Positions 1-8,873 of a DNA stretch of 64,000 nucleotides are shown here, piece by piece. Origin of the DNA: an uncultured Eubacteriales bacterium (lineage in GTDB: Bacteria > Bacillota > Clostridia > Saccharofermentanales > UBA5734); contig CAILLO010000036.1 of assembly GCA_903835065.1 (NCBI GenBank), positions 44,342 to 108,341 of the forward strand, written 5' to 3'. Under the pieces are notes generated by a model. It saw only the letters and a program-made list of their open reading frames with translations, had not been told where the DNA came from and made no database searches. The position numbers were made by a program, and so were the translations under genes. Position 1 is the first letter of the stretch, and each line of letters opens with the position of its first letter.

Positions 1-143
1 AGCGGTGCACCAGCTTCTACGGCAAGTCGGGAGGCGTTGCCGGAGGCGGGCTCGTGCCTGATGGGCACGAGTGTAGTTTCCGACCGCACCAGATTATTGC
101 GGAATGGTGCGATGCAACGCCTTGCTGAAAACGTGCGGGGAAC
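1..143. repeat. Structured dispersed repeat / candidate ncRNA, copy 1 (left end cut by window edge)
   Basis: Aligns with 48217-48438 (shared CAGCTTCTACGGCAAGTCGGGAG, CTCGTGCCyGATGGGCACGAG, CGACCGCACC, GAAAACGTGCGGGGAAC); lacks the 80-nt segment present in copy 2. Confidence 0.85.
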
Positions 144-170
144 CAGTAGATCCGCCTGGAAGAGCGCCTT

Positions 171-200
171 GAAGAGGCACCTCGCGAGAGGTGCCTCTTC
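171..200. terminator. Perfect 13-bp hairpin with GCGA tetraloop, terminator-like
   Basis: GAAGAGGCACCTC-GCGA-GAGGTGCCTCTTC followed by only a short T run (TTGT). Confidence 0.55.
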
Positions 201-294
201 TTGTCCGCCCACAGGGGAACCGCGCCGACCGAATGCTATCATGGAGGAAATGGCCTCCAAAAAGTTCAAAGGTCCTCCACCTTGAAGAAATCTC

Positions 295-325
295 TTGCAT
301 ATGACGCCACGTCATAGCCTATCGT
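295..325 (+). promoter_or_regulatory. MerR-type promoter with 19-bp spacer and dyad operator
   Basis: TTGCAT (295-300), 19-nt spacer, TATCGT (320-325); palindrome TATGACG-CCA-CGTCATA (300-316) lies in the spacer directly upstream of a MerR gene. Confidence 0.8.
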
Positions 326-347
326 GCAGGCGAGGGGGATACAGGAG

Positions 348-1250
348 ATGCAGATCAAGCAGGTCAGTCGACAGACGGGATTGAGCGAACAGACCATCCG
401 CTACTACGAACAGGAAGGCCTGGTCGCTCCTGCCCAGACCGACCGGAACGGACGCGCCTTCCGTGAATACGCGGCGGAGGACGTCACCGCGCTGACGCAG
501 GTCTCGCGGCTGCGCCGCGCCGAATTCACGATCGCGGAGATCCGGGAGATGATGGCGGCGCCGGACCGGATTCCTGCGATCCTCGTACAGTTGCGCCAGC
601 GGTTGGTGCAGGAGACGGAATCGAAGCGCCGGATTCTCGAGGTCTTGGGCAGCCTCGATTCGTTAGGAATCGTGGATCTTCCGGCGCTGTCCGAGTCGCT
701 GAAGAGCGCCACGGAACGGGTCGCCCTGCCGCCCACGGACGTGCATCCGAACTTCGGCCGATTCGACGGAATCGGAAAGGAAGAACGGGAACAGGAGTAC
801 CAGGCATATCTGGCACGGGAGGGACGGTTCTTCTCGAACTGGTTCCGGCGCAGGCCGAAGCAAGGTCCGGACCAGATGACCGATACGCAGGGCGCACTTC
901 GGTGCCCGAACTGCAACTCGGATCGCGTGAGGGTCGAGCGGGTCGGGGACGGCGTCGGTTTCTTCGCACTCGGAGTCGCCACCAACGAATACGCCCAGTC
1001 CCCGGTCCCGACATTCGGCTCTCCGTCCGTGCCGCCGAACCCTCCGCCGATCGCCCATGCAGGGGACGAACTCGGAAAAGGGCCCCGCATGACCTGCATG
1101 GCGTGCGGAAACGCATTCCACGCACCGACCCGGTTGGAACTCCGTCGCAGGAGTAGAAGACGGAGTAGGATGTGGCCCTCCGCCGCCCCGCGCGCCGACG
1201 GCGCTCCGCGAGGGGCGCCGTTTCCATGCCGCCCCCTTCGGATGCTATGA
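348..1250 (+). CDS. MerR-family transcriptional regulator with C-terminal CxxC...CxxC zinc-ribbon-like region
   Basis: N-terminus MQIKQVSRQTGLSEQTIRYYEQEGLV matches the MerR HTH; CPNC and CMAC motifs; last ~35 aa are low-complexity. Confidence 0.85.
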   Translation: MQIKQVSRQTGLSEQTIRYYEQEGLVAPAQTDRNGRAFREYAAEDVTALTQVSRLRRAEFTIAEIREMMAAPDRIPAILVQLRQRLVQETESKRRILEVLGSLDSLGIVDLPALSESLKSATERVALPPTDVHPNFGRFDGIGKEEREQEYQAYLAREGRFFSNWFRRRPKQGPDQMTDTQGALRCPNCNSDRVRVERVGDGVGFFALGVATNEYAQSPVPTFGSPSVPPNPPPIAHAGDELGKGPRMTCMACGNAFHAPTRLELRRRSRRRSRMWPSAAPRADGAPRGAPFPCRPLRML

Positions 1251-1296
1251 TGGGGAAGGCGGCGCGGACGCGCCCCGAAGGCAGGAGGGACCCCCG

Positions 1297-1935
1297 ATGG
1301 CGGGATGGCTCGAGAAACTGGCGAACCGGACACGGCGCTTCGCGATCCACGGCCTGATGAACTACGTCGTGGTGGGCATGCTGACGGTCTTCGTCGCGGA
1401 CCTGTTCTACAACGGCATCCTGAGCCGCTTCCTGGAGTTCGACCGGGCGGCCGTCTTCCGCGGCGAGGTCTGGCGCGTCCTGACCTTCGTCTTCCTGCCA
1501 CCGAACAGCAGCCTGCTCTTCGTGTTCTTCGCACTGTACTTCTATTGGATGATCGGGCAGGCGCTGGAGGGCGAGTGGGGCGCCGCGAAGTTCAACTGGT
1601 TCTACCTGATCGGGGCGTTCGGGACGATGGTCGCCGGATTGATCATGGGCTCCGCGACGAACGAATACCTGAACCTGTCGCTGTTCTTCGCCTTCGCAAT
1701 CCTCTTCCCGGAGTTCGAGATCCGGCTGTTCTTCCTCCTGCCGGTCAAGGTCAAGTGGCTCGGCTGGATCGCCGCCGCGTTCTTCGCCGTCTCGCTGTTC
1801 TTCACGGACTGGCCGGGGCGGGTCGCCCTGCTGGTGTCGGTGGCCAACGTCGCGCTGTTCTTCTGGACGGATGCGCGCGACCGGATCGTGAACGCCCGCC
1901 GGCGCCGGCAGTGGAAGAACCAGTTCCGGAAGTGA
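1297..1935 (+). CDS. Rhomboid-superfamily membrane protein, probably non-catalytic
   Basis: GEVWRVLTF (WR motif), about 6 hydrophobic segments, no GxSG motif; AGGAGG RBS. Confidence 0.75.
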   Translation: MAGWLEKLANRTRRFAIHGLMNYVVVGMLTVFVADLFYNGILSRFLEFDRAAVFRGEVWRVLTFVFLPPNSSLLFVFFALYFYWMIGQALEGEWGAAKFNWFYLIGAFGTMVAGLIMGSATNEYLNLSLFFAFAILFPEFEIRLFFLLPVKVKWLGWIAAAFFAVSLFFTDWPGRVALLVSVANVALFFWTDARDRIVNARRRRQWKNQFRK

Positions 1936-1975
1936 CGGGCGACTTCCGCTCCCTGTCCGGCTGAATGCGCGGATG

Positions 1976-2090
1976 ACTTAAATGAAAATATGAGAATCAC
2001 TAAAATGTATATATGTAAATAACTTAAACGAATACTTGCAAATCGCTTAAATGAAGTCTGGAAACATGCTTGAAATGGCTTGAAGTGAAT
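1976..2090. repeat. Degenerate AT-rich tandem repeat, 23-bp period, 4-5 units
   Basis: RCTTAAAYGAA-like core starts at 1976, 1999, 2022, 2045 and 2068. Confidence 0.8.
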
Positions 2091-2125
2091 TTATCTCAGT
2101 GGTATGCTTTCCTTGAGGTGGATTC

Positions 2126-3394
2126 ATGCCGAAAGAGTATTTGCCGCGAATCGTCGATGCGCTTCTGGGGGACTATATGGAGGCGTTCGGTGCCGTCCAG
2201 ATTCGGGGACCGAAGTGGTGCGGCAAGACGACCACGGCGGAGCAGCGGGCGAAGAGCGTCCTGAAGATGCAGGACCCGGACCGTGCCGCAGAGTATAGGC
2301 GGTTGGCCGACTTCCTGCCTTCCAGGCTTCTGGAGGGAGAGACGCCCAGACTGATCGATGAATGGCAGACGGCCCCCGTGCTCTGGGACGCCGTCCGTAC
2401 TGCAGTGGATGCGAGGGACGAGCCTGGACAGTTCATTCTGACGGGGTCCTCGGTCGCGGATTCCGACGCGGTGATGCACACGGGAACCGGACGGATCTCG
2501 ACGCTCTCCATGTACCCGATGAGCCTCTTCGAATCGAAGGAGTCGAACGGCACAGTGTCCCTGAAGGAACTTTTCGAGGCTCCGGAACGCTTCGAAGGCG
2601 CCCGTTCCCAGTTGACGGTGCAGGGGCTCGCGCATGCGATCTGCCGCGGAGGATGGCCCGCTTCGCTCCGTCGGAATCCCGCTGCATCGCTCCTGATTGC
2701 CCGTTCCTATGTGGATACGATCTGCGAAAGCGATGCCAGCCGCGTGGACGACGTTTCGCGTCGTCCGCAGCGCGTAAGGGCGCTTCTGCGGTCGTATGCG
2801 CGGAACCTCTCGACCCTTGCGGCGAACACGACGATCCTGGCCGATGTAAAGGCGAACGACGAGGAGATGACGGAACCGACCCTGTACTCCTATCTGGCTG
2901 CCTTGAAGCGGCTGTACGTGATCGACGACGTTCCGGCCTGGAGTCCTTCGATCCGATCGGTCCACGCGATGCGCGCGACCACCAAGAAGGAATTCGTGGA
3001 CCCGTCGATTGCCACTGCTGCGCTCGGGTTGTCTCCGGACATCCTGCTCGGAGACCCAGCGACCCTCGGATTCGTCTTCGAATGCTTGTGCATCCGGGAT
3101 CTCCGCGTCCTTTCGACCGCCTTCGGAGGATCGGTTTCCTATTACCACGACCGGTCCGGACTCGAGTGCGACGCCGTGCTGCATCGATCCGATGGGACCT
3201 ACGCGTTGATCGAGATGAAACTCGGGAGCCGGGAGATCGAGGAGGGCGCCTCCCACTTGCTGCGGCTGGCCGACCTGCTCAAGGAAAACGGCTTGAAGGC
3301 TCCTTCGTCTCTGCTGGTCCTGACGGGCGGGGAATTCGGGTATCGGACGAAGGACGGCATTTCCGTCGTGCCGATCGGTTGTCTTCGGGATTGA
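2126..3394 (+). CDS. AAA ATPase with DUF4143-type region and C-terminal PD-(D/E)xK-like motif
   Basis: Walker A GPKWCGKTT, Walker B LIDEWQ, GQFILTGS, GGWP, ECDAV...LIEMKLG. Confidence 0.9.
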   Translation: MPKEYLPRIVDALLGDYMEAFGAVQIRGPKWCGKTTTAEQRAKSVLKMQDPDRAAEYRRLADFLPSRLLEGETPRLIDEWQTAPVLWDAVRTAVDARDEPGQFILTGSSVADSDAVMHTGTGRISTLSMYPMSLFESKESNGTVSLKELFEAPERFEGARSQLTVQGLAHAICRGGWPASLRRNPAASLLIARSYVDTICESDASRVDDVSRRPQRVRALLRSYARNLSTLAANTTILADVKANDEEMTEPTLYSYLAALKRLYVIDDVPAWSPSIRSVHAMRATTKKEFVDPSIATAALGLSPDILLGDPATLGFVFECLCIRDLRVLSTAFGGSVSYYHDRSGLECDAVLHRSDGTYALIEMKLGSREIEEGASHLLRLADLLKENGLKAPSSLLVLTGGEFGYRTKDGISVVPIGCLRD

Positions 3395-3462
3395 TCGGAT
3401 CACGCCTTCCGCTCCCCGTCTGGCGTATAATGATTTCCAACGCTTCTTCAGGAGGACATCCG

Positions 3463-4509
3463 ATGCCGCTGCCCGCCGTGCTGATTCCCGCCTACCGGCC
3501 CGACGACCGCCTTTCCGCGCTCGTCGAGGCGCTGCTCCCGATGGGCTTCCAGGCCGTCCACATCGTCGACGACGGCAGCGGCCCGGAGTGCGCCGCCGTC
3601 TTCGCGCGCTGCGAGGCGCTGGGCGCCCGCGTGCACCGCCACGACACCAACCGCGGCAAGGGCCGCGCCCTCAAGACCGGCTTCGCCGCGATGCTCGACG
3701 ACGGGGACGCGTTCCTCGGCGTCGTCACCGCCGACGCGGACGGGCAGCACACGCCTTCCGATATTCGCAAGGTCGCCGAGGCGCTGCGCGACGCGCCGTC
3801 GGCGCTCGTGCTCGGCGTCCGCACCTTCGCCGGCAACACGCCGCTGAAGAGCCGCCTCGGCAACGGCATCACCAAGGTCCTCTTCGCGCTCGTCAACGGC
3901 AAGGCCGTCCGCGACACGCAGACCGGCCTCCGCGGCATTCCCGCGCGCTTCTGCCGGGAACTGCTCGACCTCGCCGGCGAGCGGTACGAATTCGAGATGA
4001 ACATGCTGCTCGAGGCGCGCCCGACCGGCTACTCGATCGTCCAGGTCCAGATCGACACGATCTACCTCGACGGCAACCGCTCCTCCCACTTCGACGTCCT
4101 CAAGGACTCCTTCCGGATCTACCGCCTGCTCTTCACCTTCCTCGGCTCGTCCCTCCTCGCGACGGGCGTCGACTACGCCGTGTTCGCCCTCGTGAGCACC
4201 TTTCTCCCGGGCGTCCTCGCCGCCGCGGTCGTGATCGCCCGCAGCTGCAGCTCGCTGGTCAACTTCGCGGTCAACCGCCACCTGGTGTTCCGCCAGAAGG
4301 GGCACCCCAAGGACGCGATTTTCCGCTACTACGCCCTCGTGCTCGTGATCATGCTCGCTGGATACCTCTCGATCTCCGCCTTCCAGGCCTTCACGCCGGT
4401 CGGCCTCTACGTCTCCAAGCTGATCACCGACTTCGCCCTCTACTTCGTGAGCTTCACCCTCCAGCGCGAGTTCGTCTACCGCAGACGGACGAAAGAGAAG
4501 AACGCGTGA
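3463..4509 (+). CDS. Glycosyltransferase family 2 / GtrA-like fusion
   Basis: LIPAYRP, VDDGS, TADADGQH, DTQTGLRG; C-terminal 4-TM GtrA-like region; AGGAGG RBS, upstream TATAAT. Confidence 0.9.
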   Translation: MPLPAVLIPAYRPDDRLSALVEALLPMGFQAVHIVDDGSGPECAAVFARCEALGARVHRHDTNRGKGRALKTGFAAMLDDGDAFLGVVTADADGQHTPSDIRKVAEALRDAPSALVLGVRTFAGNTPLKSRLGNGITKVLFALVNGKAVRDTQTGLRGIPARFCRELLDLAGERYEFEMNMLLEARPTGYSIVQVQIDTIYLDGNRSSHFDVLKDSFRIYRLLFTFLGSSLLATGVDYAVFALVSTFLPGVLAAAVVIARSCSSLVNFAVNRHLVFRQKGHPKDAIFRYYALVLVIMLAGYLSISAFQAFTPVGLYVSKLITDFALYFVSFTLQREFVYRRRTKEKNA

Positions 4510-5066
4510 AGCGCACGCCGACCGCCATGATCCGGTCCACCCTGATGCTGCTCGCCGCGACCGCTCTGCTCGCGTCCTGCCTGCCGACGACGCCCGCCCC
4601 GACCGCGACGGCCGCCCCGACGGCCACTCCGGCCGCGACGGCCGAGCCCACCGCGACCGCCGGTCCGACCGGCACGCCCGCTCCGACTCCGATCCCCGAG
4701 ACGCACTTGGGGTTCGTCCGGAAGGGCGACGTGACCGGCTCCGGCGCGACCGCGCAACTCACGATCGACTACGTCGAACTCTACACCGGCGTCGCGGCGG
4801 TGACCGCGGGCGCCCAGGACGGCGTGACGGTCGACACCGACTACTACATCCGCGACAACAACCCGCTGCTGCGCACGTTCTCGATCGACCCGGCCTGCGC
4901 GATCCGCCTGCTCGACCCGTCGGGCGGCGCCGAGGCCTCGGTCGTGACCGACGTCGCGGGCCTTGCGGCCTTCCTGGCCACGGTGACCGACGCGCAGGGC
5001 GCCCTGTTCGAGATCGCGCTCAGCGGGACGACCGTGACGCAGATCCTGCAGTACTACATGCCGTAG
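4506..5066 (+). CDS. Lipoprotein of unknown function with Pro/Thr/Ala linker
   Basis: GTG overlaps the upstream stop; lipobox LLASC; PTATAA repeats followed by a globular domain. Confidence 0.8.
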   Translation: MKRTPTAMIRSTLMLLAATALLASCLPTTPAPTATAAPTATPAATAEPTATAGPTGTPAPTPIPETHLGFVRKGDVTGSGATAQLTIDYVELYTGVAAVTAGAQDGVTVDTDYYIRDNNPLLRTFSIDPACAIRLLDPSGGAEASVVTDVAGLAAFLATVTDAQGALFEIALSGTTVTQILQYYMP

Positions 5067-5089
5067 CCCCGCCCGGCCGGCGTCGCGCG

Positions 5090-5157
5090 TTTCCGCCGAT
5101 TTCCGCACATTTCCGCCGGAATCGTGCCAACATGGAACGCGTTTCCTATGATACAAT
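5090..5157 (+). promoter_or_regulatory. Hydrogenase promoter region: three TTTCCGC direct repeats and an extended -10
   Basis: TTTCCGC at 5090, 5100 and 5110; TGnTACAAT at 5149-5157; no consensus -35. Confidence 0.5.
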
Positions 5158-5254
5158 TTTCTGGAGACCTCTATCGTCGCATGATCCATGGCCGACCCCC
5201 CCGACGGCGCTCCGTCGCCCGGGCCATCGAGATGCACCAGGAGGAATTCCATCC

Positions 5255-5752
5255 ATGGGAACCGCAATCGCCTGCGCGTCGCTCACGGATACCCCCGAAC
5301 AGCGCCGCGACCTGCTTCTGTCGGTGATCGAGGACTACGACCGCGACCGCAGCAACCTGATCCAGGTGCTGCACATGGCCCAGGCGATCTACGGGCACCT
5401 GCCCGACGAAGTCCTCCGCACCATATCCGCCGAGATGGACCTCCCGTTCTCCGAAGTCTCCGGCGTCGTCTCCTTCTATTCCTACTTCACCACGAAGCCC
5501 CGCGGCCGGCACACCGTCCAGGTCTGCCTCGGCACGGCGTGCTACGTGCGCGGCGGCAAGAAGGTGCTCGACACGCTGAAGGAGCTCCTCGGCGTGGACG
5601 TCGGCCAGACCACCCCGGACAACGCCTTCTCCCTCGAGGTCAAGCGCTGCATCGGCGCCTGCGGCCTCGCGCCCGCCGTCGCGATCGACGGCACGGTATA
5701 CCGACGCGTCGCGCCGGGACGGCTGAAGGCCATCCTCGGCAAGTACGAGTAG
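5255..5752 (+). CDS. hydC: [FeFe]-hydrogenase NuoE-like [2Fe-2S] subunit
   Basis: GVVSFYSYF, VCLGTACYVRG, CIGACGLAP; AGGAGG RBS. Confidence 0.92.
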   Translation: MGTAIACASLTDTPEQRRDLLLSVIEDYDRDRSNLIQVLHMAQAIYGHLPDEVLRTISAEMDLPFSEVSGVVSFYSYFTTKPRGRHTVQVCLGTACYVRGGKKVLDTLKELLGVDVGQTTPDNAFSLEVKRCIGACGLAPAVAIDGTVYRRVAPGRLKAILGKYE

Positions 5753-5764
5753 GGGGGCGAGACG

Positions 5765-8700
5765 ATGGACGCTGCCGTCACCACCACCATCCGGAGCGCC
5801 GAGGACCTGCGGCGCATCCGCGCCGACTACGAGAAGTCCGTCGCCGGGAAGGCGTTCACGATACGCCTCTGCGCCGGCGCGGGTTGCATTTCCTGCGGTT
5901 GCGCGGCCCTGAAGGAAGCGATCGAGAGCGAGCTGGACAGGACCGGGCTGCGCGCCTCCGTCGACATCAAGACGACCGGCTGCATCGGCAACTGCGACGT
6001 CGGCCCGACGCTGGTCGTCGAACCCGGCGGCTACTTCTACTGCAAGCTGACCCCCGACGACGCGCGCACGATCGTCCGCCAGCACCTGCTGCACGGCCAG
6101 CCCGTCGAGGCGCTCGGGTACCTCGACCGCAGGACCGGGAAGCGCGTCGCGAAGATGGACGACATCGACTTCTTCCGCAAGCAGAAGCGCGTCGTGCTCG
6201 ACAACTGCGGACGCATCGACTACGACCGCCTCGACGAGTACATCGCGAACGGCGGCTTCGAGGCGCTGCGCAAGGCTCTCGTCGAGATGACCCCGGAGAC
6301 CGTGGTCGACGAGATGAAGAAGTCCGGCCTGCGCGGCCGCGGCGGCGGCGGTTTCCCGACGGGCCTCAAGTGGGCGCTCGCCCGCAAGTCCGTCAGCGAC
6401 GTGAAGTTCATCGTCTGCAACGCCGACGAGGGCGACCCCGGCGCGTTCATGGACCGCAGCCTGCTCGAGGGCGACCCGTACGCGGTCGTCGAGGGGATGG
6501 CCATAGGCGGCTACGCGATCGGCGCCTCGGTGGGCTATCTGTACGTCCGCGCGGAGTACCCGCTGGCCGTCGAGCGCATGGAGGCCGCGATCGCAAAGGC
6601 GCGCTCGGTGGGCCTGCTCGGGAAGGGGCTGTTCGGCTCCGCCTTCGACTTCGACATCCGCATCCGCATCGGCGCCGGCGCGTTCGTCTGCGGCGAGGAG
6701 ACCGCGCTCATGGCGTCCGTCGAAGGGCGCCGCGGCGAGCCCCGCCAGAAGCCGCCCTACCCGTCCGAGTCCGGCCTGTTCGGCAAGCCCACCGTGATCA
6801 ACAACGTCGAGACCTTCGGCAACGTGCCCGCGATCCTGCGGGACGGCGCGGAGAAGTTCGCCTCGGTCGGCACGGCCAACAGCAAGGGCACCAAGGTCTT
6901 CGCCCTGGCAGGCGACATCAGCGACACCGGCATCGTCGAGGTGCCGATGGGCACGACGCTCGGCGAGATCCTGTTCGACATCGGCGGCGGAATCCCGCGC
7001 GGCCGGCGGTTCAAGGCGGCCCAGACGGGCGGACCGTCGGGCGGTTGCCTGACGAAGGCGCACCTCAACACCGTGATCGACTACCAGTCGCTCGTCGAGC
7101 TCGGGGCGATCATGGGGTCCGGCGGCCTGATCTGCATGGACGAGGACACCTGCATGGTGGACGTCGCCCGCTTCTTCATGGAGTTCGTGCAGGACGAGTC
7201 GTGCGGGCGCTGCGTCGCCTGCCGCCTGGGCACGCGGCGCATGCTCGAGATCCTCGAGCGCATCGTGCACGGCGAGGGCCGCGAGGGCGACGTCGAGCTG
7301 CTGGTCGAACTCGGCGAGACGGTCAAGGACACCGCGATGTGCGGCCTCGGCCAGACCGCCCCGAACCCCGTGCTCAGCACGATCCGCCACTTCCGCGAGG
7401 AGTACGACGAGCACATCCGGCACCACAAGTGCCGCGCGGGCGTCTGCGCGGACCTCTTCCTCTCCCCGTGCGAGAACGCCTGCCCGGCGGGCGTCAACGT
7501 CCCGGGCTACATCGCCCTGATCGCGGCCAACCGCCCGGTCGACGCCTACAACCTGGTCCGGCAGGAGAACCCGTTCCCCGCGATCTGCGGCCGCGTCTGC
7601 ACCCACCCGTGCGAGAGCGCCTGCCGCCGCGCACAGATCGACGAGGCCCTCGCGATCTCCGACCTCAAGCGCTATGCGAGCGACGAGGCGATGAAGCACG
7701 AGAAGCCCTTCGTCGACCGGGTGCACGCCCGCCTGGGCAAGACGGTCTCGGTCGTCGGCGCCGGCCCGTCGGGCCTCACCTGCGCCTACTATCTCGGCCG
7801 CCTCGGCTACGACGTGAACGTCTACGAGACGCAGCCCGTCGCCGGCGGCATGCTGGCGATCGGCATCCCCGAGTACCGGCTGCCCAAGGCCGTGCTCGAG
7901 CGCGAGATCGACACGATCCGCAACGTCGGCGTGCAGGTGAAGACCGGCGTCGAGATCGGCAAGGACGTGATGTTCGACGAACTGCGCGCGAACAGCGCCG
8001 CGGTCTACATCGCGACCGGCACGCAGCTGTCCCGCAAGGTCGGCGTCGAGGGGGAGGGCCTGCCCGGCGTCTACCACGGCATCGATTTCCTGCGCGACGT
8101 GAACCTCGGCAAGCCGGTTGGCGTGCACGGCACCGTCGCCGTGATCGGCGGCGGCAGCACGGCCATGGACGCGGCTCGCGTGGCGCTGCGACTCGGTGCC
8201 GACGAGGTCCACATCCTCTACCGCCGCGGCATCGAGGACATGCCCGCCGACAAGCGGGAGATCCACGAGGCGATCGAAGAGGGCATCCACGTCCACGAGC
8301 TGGTCGACCCGATCCGCTTCGTCGGGACGGACCGCGTGGAAGGCGTGCTCTGCCGCTACATGCGGCTGGCCGGATTCGACAAGGAGGGGCGCCGCAAGCC
8401 GATCCCGATCGAGGCCGAGCCGGTGCTCTACCGGGCCGACCTCGTGATTCCGGCCGTCAGCCAGTACTCCGACCTGCCGTTCATGCGGCGCGACGAGATC
8501 GGCCTGACCGACTGGGGCACCTTCATCGTGGACGCCGACACCATGCGCACCACGATGGAAGGCGTGTTCGCGGGTGGCGACGTCGTGCGAGGCGCCGACG
8601 TCGTCATCTCGGCGATCGCCGACGGCAAGCGGGCGGCGAGCGCGATCGACAAGTACCTCGGCGGGAGCGGCGTGCTCAACAAGGGCGAGCCGATCGACAT

Positions 8701-8866
8701 CCCGCAGACCTTCGACGAGGGGGAACTGGCCGAGCACGAGCGCTTCCCGATGAAGTGCCTCGCCGCCGACCAGCGCATCCACGGATTCGAGGAGGTCTAC
8801 AAGGGATACCACAAGCTCAACGCGATGGCCGAGGCCATGCGCTGCCTGCGCTGCGACCGGCGCTAG
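5765..8866 (+). CDS. hydB: NuoF-like FMN/NADH subunit fused to a GltD/NfnB-like FAD/NAD(P)H oxidoreductase
   Basis: GLRGRGGGGFPTGLKW, NADEGDPGAFMDR, GAFVCGEETAL, GGPSGG, ESCGRCVACR; then PCENACP...CGRVCTHPCESAC, GAGPSG, IGGGSTAMDAAR...YRR, EAMRCLRC. Confidence 0.92.
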   Translation: MDAAVTTTIRSAEDLRRIRADYEKSVAGKAFTIRLCAGAGCISCGCAALKEAIESELDRTGLRASVDIKTTGCIGNCDVGPTLVVEPGGYFYCKLTPDDARTIVRQHLLHGQPVEALGYLDRRTGKRVAKMDDIDFFRKQKRVVLDNCGRIDYDRLDEYIANGGFEALRKALVEMTPETVVDEMKKSGLRGRGGGGFPTGLKWALARKSVSDVKFIVCNADEGDPGAFMDRSLLEGDPYAVVEGMAIGGYAIGASVGYLYVRAEYPLAVERMEAAIAKARSVGLLGKGLFGSAFDFDIRIRIGAGAFVCGEETALMASVEGRRGEPRQKPPYPSESGLFGKPTVINNVETFGNVPAILRDGAEKFASVGTANSKGTKVFALAGDISDTGIVEVPMGTTLGEILFDIGGGIPRGRRFKAAQTGGPSGGCLTKAHLNTVIDYQSLVELGAIMGSGGLICMDEDTCMVDVARFFMEFVQDESCGRCVACRLGTRRMLEILERIVHGEGREGDVELLVELGETVKDTAMCGLGQTAPNPVLSTIRHFREEYDEHIRHHKCRAGVCADLFLSPCENACPAGVNVPGYIALIAANRPVDAYNLVRQENPFPAICGRVCTHPCESACRRAQIDEALAISDLKRYASDEAMKHEKPFVDRVHARLGKTVSVVGAGPSGLTCAYYLGRLGYDVNVYETQPVAGGMLAIGIPEYRLPKAVLEREIDTIRNVGVQVKTGVEIGKDVMFDELRANSAAVYIATGTQLSRKVGVEGEGLPGVYHGIDFLRDVNLGKPVGVHGTVAVIGGGSTAMDAARVALRLGADEVHILYRRGIEDMPADKREIHEAIEEGIHVHELVDPIRFVGTDRVEGVLCRYMRLAGFDKEGRRKPIPIEAEPVLYRADLVIPAVSQYSDLPFMRRDEIGLTDWGTFIVDADTMRTTMEGVFAGGDVVRGADVVISAIADGKRAASAIDKYLGGSGVLNKGEPIDIPQTFDEGELAEHERFPMKCLAADQRIHGFEEVYKGYHKLNAMAEAMRCLRCDRR

Positions 8867-8873
8867 GGAAGGG

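Noticed and set aside
37-315. Small ORFs 37-285 (+) and 94-315 (-), and similar ORFs at 48326-48852
   Set aside because: They overlap the structured repeat, hairpins or DnaA boxes, show atypical codon usage and have no recognisable motifs
1976-2090. Possible mini-CRISPR array
   Set aside because: A 23-bp period is too short for repeat plus spacer, the units are degenerate, and no cas genes are present
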